A stretch of DNA of 43,217 bases from a virus (taxonomy: Duplodnaviria; Caudoviricetes), in the IMG/VR virus record IMGVR_UViG_3300025018_003796, positions 1-43,217 of that record, one strand, 5' to 3'. Below are positions 36,401 through 42,305 of this stretch, one piece after another; position 1 is the first letter of the stretch, and each line of letters begins with the position of its first letter. The notes below the pieces were generated by a model. The model was not told the origin of the DNA. It was given only the letters and a program-made list of their open reading frames with translations, and searched no databases. The translations under genes were made by a program, and so were the position numbers.

Positions 36401-39400
36401 TCTAAGCGAACTGGATTGATTCTTCACCCAGTTCTGGATGAAATAATGAGCGAAATACCGTTCTTCCTGTTCTGTCGTCAGCGCGTCAGCGGCTAGCGCC
36501 GGGGTGTTTGGTGCCGGGGCGGCGGGGGTGGCCTCGGCCTTATCCGCGCCCATGTACTTCATGGCCCAGTCGGTCCACTGGTTGTAATTCGTCTCCGGGT
36601 CCTCGTTGGTGGAGTTTACAAACACCCGTGCTTGAGCATAGTCGGGTTTCATCAGGTGCGGGGCGATGTTACCAAGCCAATGCCCCCACGCGGTCCGGAT
36701 CTCGGAAAGCAAGGTGATTCTCAAATTGTGCGGGCTGTTCTTCTGCGTATTCTGGACAATATCCTTCTCGACTATGAGTTCAAGCACATCCTGCCACGGC
36801 TGGAAGATGCGCGCGCCGGCGGCCTTGGCGTTCTGCTGCTGGTTGGCCAGCGGCTTGAGAATGGGTTTTTGTACCGCTGGCTGCTCACCGAATAGATACA
36901 TGTTGGCGGCATCGCCAGCGGCGGGCGGGAAGTTCAGGGCGGACATGGCGGAGAACTGCGTCACGTTAAAATCATCCCCGCGCGCCGCCGCCTCCGCTTT
37001 GGCATTCTCGATCAGCCAGTTGTTCATCTTGATCTGGTCGGGTTTCGTGGTGCGCTTTGTCGAGTATTTCGGATAGGGCGTCGTGGTGCGGCCTGACGAG
37101 GTACGGAACACGTCACCGGGCTTGATCCCGCCCTTGCCGTCGGATACCCTGCCGTCCTCGTCCATCGTGCGGATGTTGGACTGTTCGCCCGCCGCCGCCT
37201 GGGTGGGCGCGGCGCCAGCTTGCTCGACGGCCGCATACAATGCCTGGAACGCTTCGCCGCGGGAATCAAACTCGTTTTCCCCGAGAGCCTGCTTGATTTT
37301 CTCGAAATTGGGGTTCTCGCTTGACGGGATCGCGAACCATTTCTTTGAGGCGATCGCCTGATCCACGATGCCGCCGCGTACAGGGTTGTTGCTTGTTGCA
37401 AGCCCGCCCGGTCGGGATTCGGTCCAGTTGTCGCCTTGTGGTAGCTCCATTGGCCCCAGAAGATCACCGCCAAAGCGCAAAGGTCTCGGGGCGTCGGCCT
37501 CGGCGTCGATGCGTTTCTCGTACTCGGGGTAGGCGTCGGCCAGGTTGGCCATTTGCTCGGACCACATGTTGAAGCCGGCATTCTTCGGGGTGTACTTGAA
37601 TCCCTGCTGCAGGGCATTCTCGTACTCGGCCTTGAACTGCTCGTAGGTCAGCCCGGCGGGAATCGGTGAGTTGGCCGTCATGACTGGCTTGTAGACTTCG
37701 GGTGCGGCAACGGGGGAAGATTGTTGTTTGAATGTCGGAACGTCCTCGCCAAACTCATCGGGGTACGTCTTTGCCAGTTCAGCGGCGTCCATCTGGAACT
37801 GTGGATCAAACTCTAAAGCATTGCGGTCATACTCGATCAGGTCCGACACGCCGTTTTCGCCTTCGCCGGCCAGCGTGATCTTGTCTCCGTCGATCTTTAC
37901 CACGGGTCCGATGAATCCGTCTGCGTCTTGCAGAACCATGCCACGAACAGGCGTATATGGAACGGGTGCTTGGCCGATGCGTCGTTGTTGCTCTGCTGCT
38001 TTGGCTTCCGCCGCCTTCGGTGTCTCGATCCCTGCCAGTTTCGCGGCAAAGGTGATCGCGGCCTGTTCGCCGCCGGGACCGTCGCGGAGGGCATCGAACA
38101 TCTTGAGACGCTCGGCGCGCTGCTTCATGGTGAATGGCTGCTGCTTGATCCAGATGCGCCAGCCCTTGGTGTCGGTGACCTTTACGCGCTCGCCCTTGGC
38201 ATCCTTGTAGAATACGGCTTGCTCGGTGCCGGTGGGGTCGTCGCCCAGCAGGGACATATCCGCCGCCGCTGCCTTGGCTTTGCGCTCTTTCTCGCGCTGG
38301 GCGTCGCGTTCGGCCTGGATGGCTGCATCGTTCCTGGCGGCGCCGCCTGCTAGGTTGAACGGTTCGTCTTTACCAAAGAGGCTCCCCGTTCCAGCCTGGC
38401 CTTGAGTTGCTGCCGTGCCTGTGCGCGTTCCGCCGGCGTCAGGCGCTCGTTCTCCGCGTTGCACTGCATCCCGGCCGCCTCGATCGCTGTCGCCAGCGAA
38501 TAGCCCTTCTGCTGGTACTCCGCCTGGAGCCGTGCCGACTTCCTGCCCATCTCTATCGCGCCTTTGCTGCTCATCGTCTGCCTCCGGTTTGCCTTCATTG
38601 TCAAATGCCGCCACATCAAAGTCAAGATCATCCTCTACTGCCGGGGCGAGCCCCGTCACCTGACCTACGGGAACAGTGAATTTCTGAAAGGTCAGGTTGT
38701 CAGTCAGGTCGTAGTAGAGGCGCATATCATCGCCGACATAGGCGGATTCCACTCGGAAGGTTGACCCTTTGTCCCCCACCCCGTCGGCAACTACATCGGT
38801 CTGTGGCGGGAATATACGACCGGATTCAATCGCCTGCGCCAGTTCAGCGTTCGCGGCGTCAAATGCCTCGTTTTGTTTACCACGGAATTCGTTTTCCTGC
38901 TGGTCGAGCAATTCGGCCTGCTGGTCCTGATCCATGTTGCGCGCACGGGTAGGAAACTGTTTGGTAGCCTTCCAGTGCTGGTAGTCGGCGACTTCCTCGC
39001 GGATCGCGTCCCACATATCGTCAATGCTGGCCCCCTCGGGCAGGAAACCGGCCTCGCCGCCGCGTCCGCCGGTGGAGGATAGGGCGGCAAGCATCTGGTC
39101 CGGGGAGTTGGTGCCGGTCTTGGAGAACACCCCCATGAAGGCGGGCACGGCCAGTTTCTTGCCATCCTCGACAATCCCGTCGTAATTGCCGTCCACCAGC
39201 TTGGCGGGGCCTGCCAGCTTTCCGGGCTTGGTAAACTGGGGCGAGCGCATCCCGCCGCGACTGTTGATCTCGTTGATCAGGGGGGTAACGCGGTCATCCT
39301 GCGTGTAGGTAACATTGCTCTTGAATTGACCTTTTGCCGGGGATTTTTCCAGGGACTTCCGCCGCCGCTCGGTCTTCTTCGCGGCATTCTCCGCCGCCGC

Positions 39401-42280
39401 CGCCTCGATCTTCTGCCGGTTCTCCAGGTTGCCGCGCTCCGCCGCCAGTGCCCGGCGTAGGGTGATCGGGCTCTTGATCGCGTCAATATCCTGCATCTTC
39501 CCGTCATCCCCGCGCAACTCATGCACGCCGAATCTGTGCAACTCCGCCCGCACCGCCGCCGGGGTCATCTTGCCGACGGGGGTTTCCTGCGGGGTGGCCG
39601 CCGGGGTGGCTGCCTGTTGATCGGTCGGATCGGTCCGATCAGTCGGATCAACCGCAGCGCCTGCTTGGCTGGCAATTTCATAGTGCTGCCGGTCCTGCGG
39701 ATTGGGTTTCTGGGCTTCCTGCTCGTTCATCTGGTCTACAGTGGCCTGGAGTCCCTTGCGAGTAACAAGGATTGGCGGATCCTTCCGTTCCCGTTTCTGG
39801 CCGGTGGCGAGCGTATAGAGCGCATCCTCAAGATCCTGTTGTTCCGCCTTGAGTGCGGCCGACCCGTTGCCGGCCTGTTCGTTTTCCTCGATTTCCGCGC
39901 GGATTTCTTGCAGACCGTTCCTGATATTCTGGAGGCGCACCAGTTGCTCCTCTTTCTTGTATGACGGCAATTCGCTGTTTCCAGTGATACGCGCTTCCGC
40001 CTCGGCCTCGTAGAAGCGCCGCTCCTTTGGCGTCATGTTTGGTTCCATCGGGCGATAGTTCGGGTATTGTGGATCTACCGCATCTTGAGCCGCATCGGCT
40101 GTTGACCCGGGGGCAATCCCCGCCGGCTGCTGATCCGCCGACTGTCCTGGCATCCCTTGCAGCGGCATTTGTGCCTGAATTGGTGTTCCGTCCCCTTGTG
40201 CCGCAACGTCTTCCGGTCCTGGCTGTCCCGCCTGTACGTCCTGCTCACCTGCCACCTCCTGTTGTGCCCGTGCCCCCTGTTCTGCCGCCGCCTGCTCGGC
40301 CTCGGCGTCTGCCTGCTGGTCATGCCGGAGGGCGAACATGGCGAGCATCTCGTCGCCGTCGGCCTCCTTGAGATACGCCTGCCACTGGGGCATGGCCTTG
40401 AACCGTGCCAGTTCGGCCTGCTCGTCCGGTCCGGCCAGGGGTTTACCGGTAGCCATATCGAGGGGGCGGGCGGCCTGCTGCTTGACGAATTTGCCGATCT
40501 CGGCATGTTCCGGGGCCACCTGGTCAATCAACGCCGGTTTAGATTCTTCTCCCGTGGTTGCATCTTCCGGCATCTGCACGCCCGCGCGTTTCTGCTGGCG
40601 CTCCTTGTGCCAGCCTTCCTGCAAACCGCGCAGGAACCGCTGCCGGGGGTGCATTTCCTTGTCCTGTTCGGCGAATGCCTGGTGCATGGCGGCAACGTAG
40701 GGACTGTCTGAATCCGGGGTGATGCCGTGTCTGTCAAGAAAGCGGCTGACCTTCTGTAAGCCGTCCTTGAGATTCGTATCGCCGTAAAGGTTGAACAGGA
40801 ACGACTCGACCTCGCGCGCATCGGCTTTCGCTCCATTGGCGGCCAGCGTCATGTGTAGCAGGTTGGCATCCTCTTTAGCGGCCGTCCGGCGGGCGGAACG
40901 CTCGACCGGGGCAACGGCCCCCATCTTGATCACGTTACCAAGGGCCATGGCGGCTATCAGATAAGGCGCGTTCAGACCGAAATCGATTGTCGTGTCCAGC
41001 ATCCGCGTGGAAAGCGGGGTCTTGTCGCCAGCCACGTTCCATAGATCGCGGTTGATGTCCTGTACAAGTTCCTCGCTGACTTCCTCCCACATGTTGCCCA
41101 CGCCGGTGAAACGTCCGGTGGCCTTGTAGATGTCGGACGAACGCACGGCGCGCAACGCTGTGGCCACTTTGCCGCTACGAACCGCTTTCAACAAAGGCAT
41201 ATTTAGTGCTCGAGAGACGGAACGGCCTGCCGCACCCTTGACAGATTGCGGCACGAGAGAGCCCAAGCCGCTAAAGATACCGGCAATAGCCCTGCCAGTG
41301 AGATACTCGGCGGCCACTTCAACGCCCGTGGCACCGTATTCCTTGAGGTAATCGCCCGTGGAAATATCCTTGCCTGCCTCGATGAGCATAAGTCGACCAT
41401 CATCGCCGATGTCGAACTGTGGGCCGCGCTCGCTCTTTGTGGTCACAAGCGGGTCAAGCAGCAGCGTCTGCCCCATTCCAATGGTATTGAACTTTGAAAC
41501 ACCCTCGATCAGTCCACCCATACCGGCACCGACTTTACCGAGTCTGGTCATTTCGCCAGCGCCCTTGTTCCGGTTGGTGACATGCTCACGGATCAGGCGG
41601 TCATCCATGCCGCGCAATTCCTGCGCGATCTGGTCCTCGCTCATACCGGGGAACATCAGATCGGCACTGACTGGATCCTCATTCAGGAAACCGGCCACGG
41701 ATAAGTTTTCGCGGCCTTTGGTTGCCTGGGTCCGGCGGGCTTCAAGTTCTTCCGGCAACTCGTGTTCAATGCGGCCGCGCTGCCGGTCGCGTTCAGACAT
41801 CCGACGTGCAACATCGCGGTAAGTGGTTTCGCCTTGTTCAAAACGTCGCTGCGCATCCTCGAAATCACCGATTTTCGGGCGGGAGAGAGCGCCGCCAAGC
41901 GCAAGATCAGCACTACCAAGCACGGCGTTATCCATGCCCTTTGAATGCCCTTTGAATGTGTGGCCCAGTTTATCGAAGAATCCATCGCGGGGCGGTTCGG
42001 CCTCCGGCATCCGCACACCGGACGGGCGCGCGGTATCGGGAGTTTGCGCGGGGGCGAACGGGTCGTGATCCAGGGGATCGCCGAAAAGCCCGCCGTCTTT
42101 TTCCATGATCGACCGCGCGGAAGGTGGCGCGGGAGTTACGGTTTCCGGTTCCTTCGGCCCCATCAGGCCCCACAAGCGCCGCTTTTGCGGGGCGGCCGGG
42201 GCGGGCGTGTCCGCCGGGGTGAACGGATCGAAGTCAAGCGGTGCACCGAAAAGCCCACCATCGTCGTTGAACGCGGCCAT
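24425..42280 (-). CDS. Giant polyvalent/DarB-like virion protein (N6-adenine MTase + Strawberry-notch-type SF2 helicase + ART-like + PLxRFG-like domains), 5951 aa
   Basis: MTase: YSTP, YEPTGGNGML, MNPPF (about 35.3-35.6 kb). Helicase: ADETGIGKGRQ, MDEAH, LSAT, GSTGLSIHAS, QTLGRIKRTG (about 32.6-34.2 kb). FYSAL..ENYRE..IEEIQSDWHQ domain (29.4-30.8 kb). ART-like YHVT..VYV (28.1-28.6 kb). YYMPRMRRSGKF (about 26.9 kb). Follows an internal virion gene. Confidence 0.9.
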   Translation of the reverse strand: MAAFNDDGGLFGAPLDFDPFTPADTPAPAAPQKRRLWGLMGPKEPETVTPAPPSARSIMEKDGGLFGDPLDHDPFAPAQTPDTARPSGVRMPEAEPPRDGFFDKLGHTFKGHSKGMDNAVLGSADLALGGALSRPKIGDFEDAQRRFEQGETTYRDVARRMSERDRQRGRIEHELPEELEARRTQATKGRENLSVAGFLNEDPVSADLMFPGMSEDQIAQELRGMDDRLIREHVTNRNKGAGEMTRLGKVGAGMGGLIEGVSKFNTIGMGQTLLLDPLVTTKSERGPQFDIGDDGRLMLIEAGKDISTGDYLKEYGATGVEVAAEYLTGRAIAGIFSGLGSLVPQSVKGAAGRSVSRALNMPLLKAVRSGKVATALRAVRSSDIYKATGRFTGVGNMWEEVSEELVQDINRDLWNVAGDKTPLSTRMLDTTIDFGLNAPYLIAAMALGNVIKMGAVAPVERSARRTAAKEDANLLHMTLAANGAKADAREVESFLFNLYGDTNLKDGLQKVSRFLDRHGITPDSDSPYVAAMHQAFAEQDKEMHPRQRFLRGLQEGWHKERQQKRAGVQMPEDATTGEESKPALIDQVAPEHAEIGKFVKQQAARPLDMATGKPLAGPDEQAELARFKAMPQWQAYLKEADGDEMLAMFALRHDQQADAEAEQAAAEQGARAQQEVAGEQDVQAGQPGPEDVAAQGDGTPIQAQMPLQGMPGQSADQQPAGIAPGSTADAAQDAVDPQYPNYRPMEPNMTPKERRFYEAEAEARITGNSELPSYKKEEQLVRLQNIRNGLQEIRAEIEENEQAGNGSAALKAEQQDLEDALYTLATGQKRERKDPPILVTRKGLQATVDQMNEQEAQKPNPQDRQHYEIASQAGAAVDPTDRTDPTDQQAATPAATPQETPVGKMTPAAVRAELHRFGVHELRGDDGKMQDIDAIKSPITLRRALAAERGNLENRQKIEAAAAENAAKKTERRRKSLEKSPAKGQFKSNVTYTQDDRVTPLINEINSRGGMRSPQFTKPGKLAGPAKLVDGNYDGIVEDGKKLAVPAFMGVFSKTGTNSPDQMLAALSSTGGRGGEAGFLPEGASIDDMWDAIREEVADYQHWKATKQFPTRARNMDQDQQAELLDQQENEFRGKQNEAFDAANAELAQAIESGRIFPPQTDVVADGVGDKGSTFRVESAYVGDDMRLYYDLTDNLTFQKFTVPVGQVTGLAPAVEDDLDFDVAAFDNEGKPEADDEQQRRDRDGQEVGTAPGGVPAEGLFAGDSDRGGRDAVQRGERAPDAGGTRTGTAATQGQAGTGSLFGKDEPFNLAGGAARNDAAIQAERDAQREKERKAKAAAADMSLLGDDPTGTEQAVFYKDAKGERVKVTDTKGWRIWIKQQPFTMKQRAERLKMFDALRDGPGGEQAAITFAAKLAGIETPKAAEAKAAEQQRRIGQAPVPYTPVRGMVLQDADGFIGPVVKIDGDKITLAGEGENGVSDLIEYDRNALEFDPQFQMDAAELAKTYPDEFGEDVPTFKQQSSPVAAPEVYKPVMTANSPIPAGLTYEQFKAEYENALQQGFKYTPKNAGFNMWSEQMANLADAYPEYEKRIDAEADAPRPLRFGGDLLGPMELPQGDNWTESRPGGLATSNNPVRGGIVDQAIASKKWFAIPSSENPNFEKIKQALGENEFDSRGEAFQALYAAVEQAGAAPTQAAAGEQSNIRTMDEDGRVSDGKGGIKPGDVFRTSSGRTTTPYPKYSTKRTTKPDQIKMNNWLIENAKAEAAARGDDFNVTQFSAMSALNFPPAAGDAANMYLFGEQPAVQKPILKPLANQQQNAKAAGARIFQPWQDVLELIVEKDIVQNTQKNSPHNLRITLLSEIRTAWGHWLGNIAPHLMKPDYAQARVFVNSTNEDPETNYNQWTDWAMKYMGADKAEATPAAPAPNTPALAADALTTEQEERYFAHYFIQNWVKNQSSSLRDREAVIGKPFFYTKDEKGKAIDKTPRFATASEAFAWLEQNRPAQSPAPAPKARAKVEVKSAKLNLSDEKQAQLKAIQDKLRANLSKNNGTLSMNPLQIPPVMDPENVSLAAQMAALYAEGGVKTFKQFAHNVSVDMADFWDAIKVFLHGAWQSAGAVDDTLDDISRTDAREVISAIDKAAAENVNTAVKPDLALRELINSRDSNQAKAVRMRQMASAEGITLKQLQERIEFELVKIADEIASRANLDTAAKYKALVELYENQPLLTARTSTSIENQAYSTPAPLAFISSYMAAADLAASVYEPTGGNGMLLIGLDKAKVTANELDPARASNLRTLGVPTVTTDDATAREPGGPHATIVMNPPFASYPTTNVDGYAIKKIEHVIALQALRGLAADGRAVMILGANREPGEIGQGADRTFLNYLHNHFNVADHFEIDGELYGKQGAKWPLRVIVLDGRRQDVPSVPQDLAPKSVDRLTSWDDIYTRAKEVRDAVEKRRDSLDADRKIGPDVRPEAQQPAPEDTGAVPGQPGSNPAKAGGRGGRSGSTRGTIPPRRKPAIRSSDDSAAGTPDEQDLFSPRTNDRTSAPGGRGSSDKGMDNQREGRDEQPADADGRSGDRAGTGDRVEPRDLPRGTSLLGQPQNAGQHRYVPASDATSLETLVPSNMAPGIASALEKLRDKVGGDIDEWVRYKLGYDTIADLHRAMAAEQVDGVALAIDQIENGGALIIADETGIGKGRQAAGIMRYAQQNGIIPIFFTKDAKLFSDLQRDANDVGYSFNPFILGSTDGGADVVDETGRVLFKAPKSAGARRTAINSIIDKGIASQKFDTVIATYPQINVQNDQQRLLTHLSRNERVMIIMDEAHEASGSDSMQGAFFRGGEVKRGSGANRTTTVLSGILNGKGVKGVVYLSATYAKRPDNAPLYFRTLLGRAADNINDLVEAMSRGGVALQQAVAEALSSVGQLVRRERDFSGVVFERKIVQQERADELASKVDDTTSIFREIKMFSNLVRTSIKRDNGPGARATAMTDAQVDYTPFASIAHNYISQMLLATKVDAVVEEAVAAHQRGEKPVIALMNTQEAMMDQFAEQNGWRVGDPVSMDFRDMLRRALDRTLRFSVKDPQGNAETFTTTAGELGLQDFYDRIIEQINDLEVDIPTSPIDAILQGLRSKGLRVGELTGRQSGIRYADSSYKSGIYERRQKADKNALVNGFNNGDLDALILNASGSTGLSIHASPKFKERPIKTRNMIIAQPHGDINVMVQTLGRIKRTGMIPGGAKYSMPVLPLEAERRPAMVLERKMKSLNANTTAAQEGGVSLDQVDFMNRYGDQIVAQYMFEDNPALQDMLDMSPEVNERTGTVTPDREDFANVFAGRMALMPNRIQKEAYAAIIQKYTDYIAYLKATDQYELEIAVHDDWDGVMISEETLRPGTSEANIFEADTKIQRWEIKDTRHVPTAKEMQKDFEERSGSAEAMQERIVGFVEQIETAYSKIIDESETTVANPDITLGELSTVRKRLDHARNASAIFQSRVAPVLLSLQRMAGEYASITNEQEGIDAIGMITGITLPEQTADRVKASPGSIVLHIMTNQPGGHSLRVPLSQVGNGGFSIGRAYADESQVDVNQTGGRFERQIISGNPIRAINAAGNRGRLVSFKTREGKTITGLLMPMTWTPSQLARDPRRDLVDGAAVRLWLDTERSGVESDVVRLTPRGYTGQINISVPAARATGSKYFLDDQIRAITGDFNRVGNRMIARVDVNQIPAIAARLSVLSKARFRPSPGNMSDNMAIERVRDINGQVSGTTAQAARGATTAAAAGIARTAFEKTMQAEADKTPWAGENASAVESLDALPAPVRQAIARGEGRAARSEVNQDKLGFYSALGRAVERMDFKAMPAKYLVARLEGAQKNGAFKLDEYEEIGLADWLKGIEGKVTKDQVLDFIEQGGPKLEEVVKEDASVMSKAEQAEQRLRQIGIELGVPTGFMPYMSGRPLRWLYQDQDGARKDIPERYVSEIEDIEDARRATDVEDTPHGDQVLVGANTKFGQYQLPGGENYREVLIRLPVVRTRITELPGEYRAVKSPNDGKYYVIHKAGQTALTKGHSSEEAATKAAIDTLNKQKSIRNAGVFTSSHWPEDPNILVHMRLNDRVTSADGTSYTPPRKTLFIEEIQSDWHQRGREEGYKKEPDDFSPGGSGYGKGVPAAPFKRTPAWSMLAFKRVLRMAAEQGYDAVAWTPGEVQNERYSLAKQVDTVSSTRKEDGQYRIEARKDGVSVLDTTTTAEKLPDVIGKELAAKIVAAPDGMQDWSGLDLEIGGDGMKGFYDKILPTEVAKYLKKLDKDAAVGKTSIDPSLKGDTTGIEATKAKDQYGWIVTQWPNTWRKRTEAEADALIEKLAAEIRPTQQVWSIPVTEKMRATILNEGQARYMRDGAGQVRAVTMGDKSWFILDRYNNAGELAGDIREEAFHRIENEFADPVRTRRLGIATYGGKWQSIAREIEKNYGFKPGSVEFFRELAAKAYRDGQTNRSLWGRFVDAIVATIRRIGRAAGMKLSATDSELRDYVNSVIQARMDKQNNTDAPMMNQLAAARGDKAQGVTAEQDAAYLAAVETEDWEKAQRMVNRAWIKTNNIPQPEMTTKALESLAQFYDNNGVLGYDEDSMSFMMRELRRLTDAKEVDAYHVTDAPKEKFASGINGTELSSSGRTGNARDSSVYVFLDPDDIAMGYDGILSALNDAHTVIHLKIPIKKTLERFSWDGNFNVTYGTYSGIQIHGNVPAEWIKGFYSMPTLATELRDDSGRVKTLSERFDRATDEPRFALADAGDQSGPVEVRPGVFRTEDPNDVPDGAPFLQAVKTENGDTAWEFKPPAHLDKPPAEAEFEKEKAETMWNQAMDMTMASIGGLQRHGSRWKATDKQIAEYRRNNPKSSWDDVYANVPSRYKSAAAMAEAHIRDSNQRPNITWVDLLASTIHHYGEKVPGLRNMVESASRWMDNKFKFESLVFNQGDDGRGDSDLEAVRKFTTKGRPALKAISSWQNPEWVRLEKYLWTRDMNAKGYRAVEDDRNGGWMVFGLDGKPVKQGGALQDNFTYESQAWEAAHQLEANDLRKEGYSAEAAEMLLAVRRINDRAYEQIRGEVQTAQDELDDLGLPMPKIKKADGEMGDLWEALREMGDRRGYYMPRMRRSGKFKLSAVRTSDGARFLQLFDTGLMRWAKMRELRRQGYDQFSQSVSDRPSETSYMDVSVLALNDQLQKALDKIKKTEKESRGLESINISSRWEDYKTLNGKIEKHFVIEGGVTSKHQHRILKDAGGKYMTLDDSPKEWRFINPKGDIEKRLVNALLRHEITKMQVSSFAETITENIADLIHQRGSRSHKIARDGSTGKEVWQGYETDALKAITLSGKSIAGGTAKRLLAKEFMRSITGQTETWRQYRMRRMTAFIAENTASRVTAEDIDAAAVDWYHDYADEVAKNRIDSATQGNAYDEAVSYAREMLRNETRSERVIGTLKGLTATKYMSSLFSGLVNFTSLVTHSGPAMSAFADIPMLKTAKLLTRSASDYVRWQIHQKTGKGQGLDTAGAELFNEIHARGWDSSQIHHEALAVLQRRSGMVMQKFTESHLLAYSVVERLVRMSTIAATYRGIREQHKGEWTAKDNEAALNKGLYVSNKANSVFGKTNLPAWTRGPSVGAQTLRSMYMFQGFAHNTYLLMKEIAVDKKNFRALAWMLVAPALLAGPQAFIPRQFVVLLAKMVFKAFGVEPPEDPEEEYYQWIEEYFSEQLGGFAGRTAGRTARYGLLGAANINLSGSLGVRTFELDKWYDWFGAPGSAVLDYIKAGEYAAEGNALKAAETLLPRFEANFVKAYREASEGLTGENNMPLFDGDKPRKATTGETILRAAGANPASIAAMRETQWADRKIESEYAAMRSEISARYRKWLLAPQEQRSEKEKDKIAEEIKAYNKRVTDKGLGAYGNVPYYDNRSINAVERSMVRPPKRELIRAARRAAAEADR
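34495..34932 (-). CDS. Nested +1-frame gene 1 (145 aa) inside the giant ORF
   Basis: AGGAGGT-5nt-ATG and own promoter; globular acidic helical sequence while the host frame is low-complexity linker. Confidence 0.7.
   Translation of the reverse strand: MQLKKDETVWMPIGRSDLMCVLKRNSPPPKTLEQFLGNQAAILQRLVDEADEADLREEQSRLVENLPYEVRMILPPEPLTNKTFSVHALMTELLPQADAGHPIREWITSARDAMNSPQTPMEDPETALELATELNLGTYLEALLY
34958..34986 (-). promoter_or_regulatory. Intragenic promoter TTGACA-N17-GATATT
   Basis: Perfect -35, 17-nt spacer, -10 ends 25 nt before the nested ATG. Confidence 0.6.
38350..38574 (-). CDS. Nested +1-frame gene 2 (74 aa) inside the giant ORF
   Basis: GGAGG-6nt-ATG and own promoter; helical MSSKGAIEMGRKSARLQAEYQQKGYSLATAIEAAG... 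Confidence 0.6.
   Translation of the reverse strand: MSSKGAIEMGRKSARLQAEYQQKGYSLATAIEAAGMQCNAENERLTPAERAQARQQLKARLERGASLVKTNRST
38597..38625 (-). promoter_or_regulatory. Intragenic promoter TTGACT-N17-GACAAT
   Basis: 17-nt spacer; -10 ends 22 nt before the nested ATG. Confidence 0.55.
40075..40248 (-). CDS. Nested +1-frame gene 3 (57 aa, basic, His/Cys) inside the giant ORF
   Basis: AGGAGGT-5nt-GTG; MSRTYRRD...HKGTEHQFRHKCRCKGC; no promoter seen. Confidence 0.45.
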   Translation of the reverse strand: MSRTYRRDSQDRKTLRHKGTEHQFRHKCRCKGCQDSRRISSRRGLPPGQQPMRLKMR

Positions 42281-42305
42281 ATCGTATTCCCCTGGTATCT
42301 ATCGG

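Noticed and set aside
39619-39649. 9-bp tandem repeat encoding DPTDRTDPTD
   Set aside because: Short low-complexity linker repeat with no further structure.
24501-42173. Other alternative-frame minus-strand ORFs in the giant gene (e.g. 24568-25224, 37024-37617)
   Set aside because: Arg/Pro/Ser-rich frame-shadow composition, no SD or promoter, and they overlap ordered domains.
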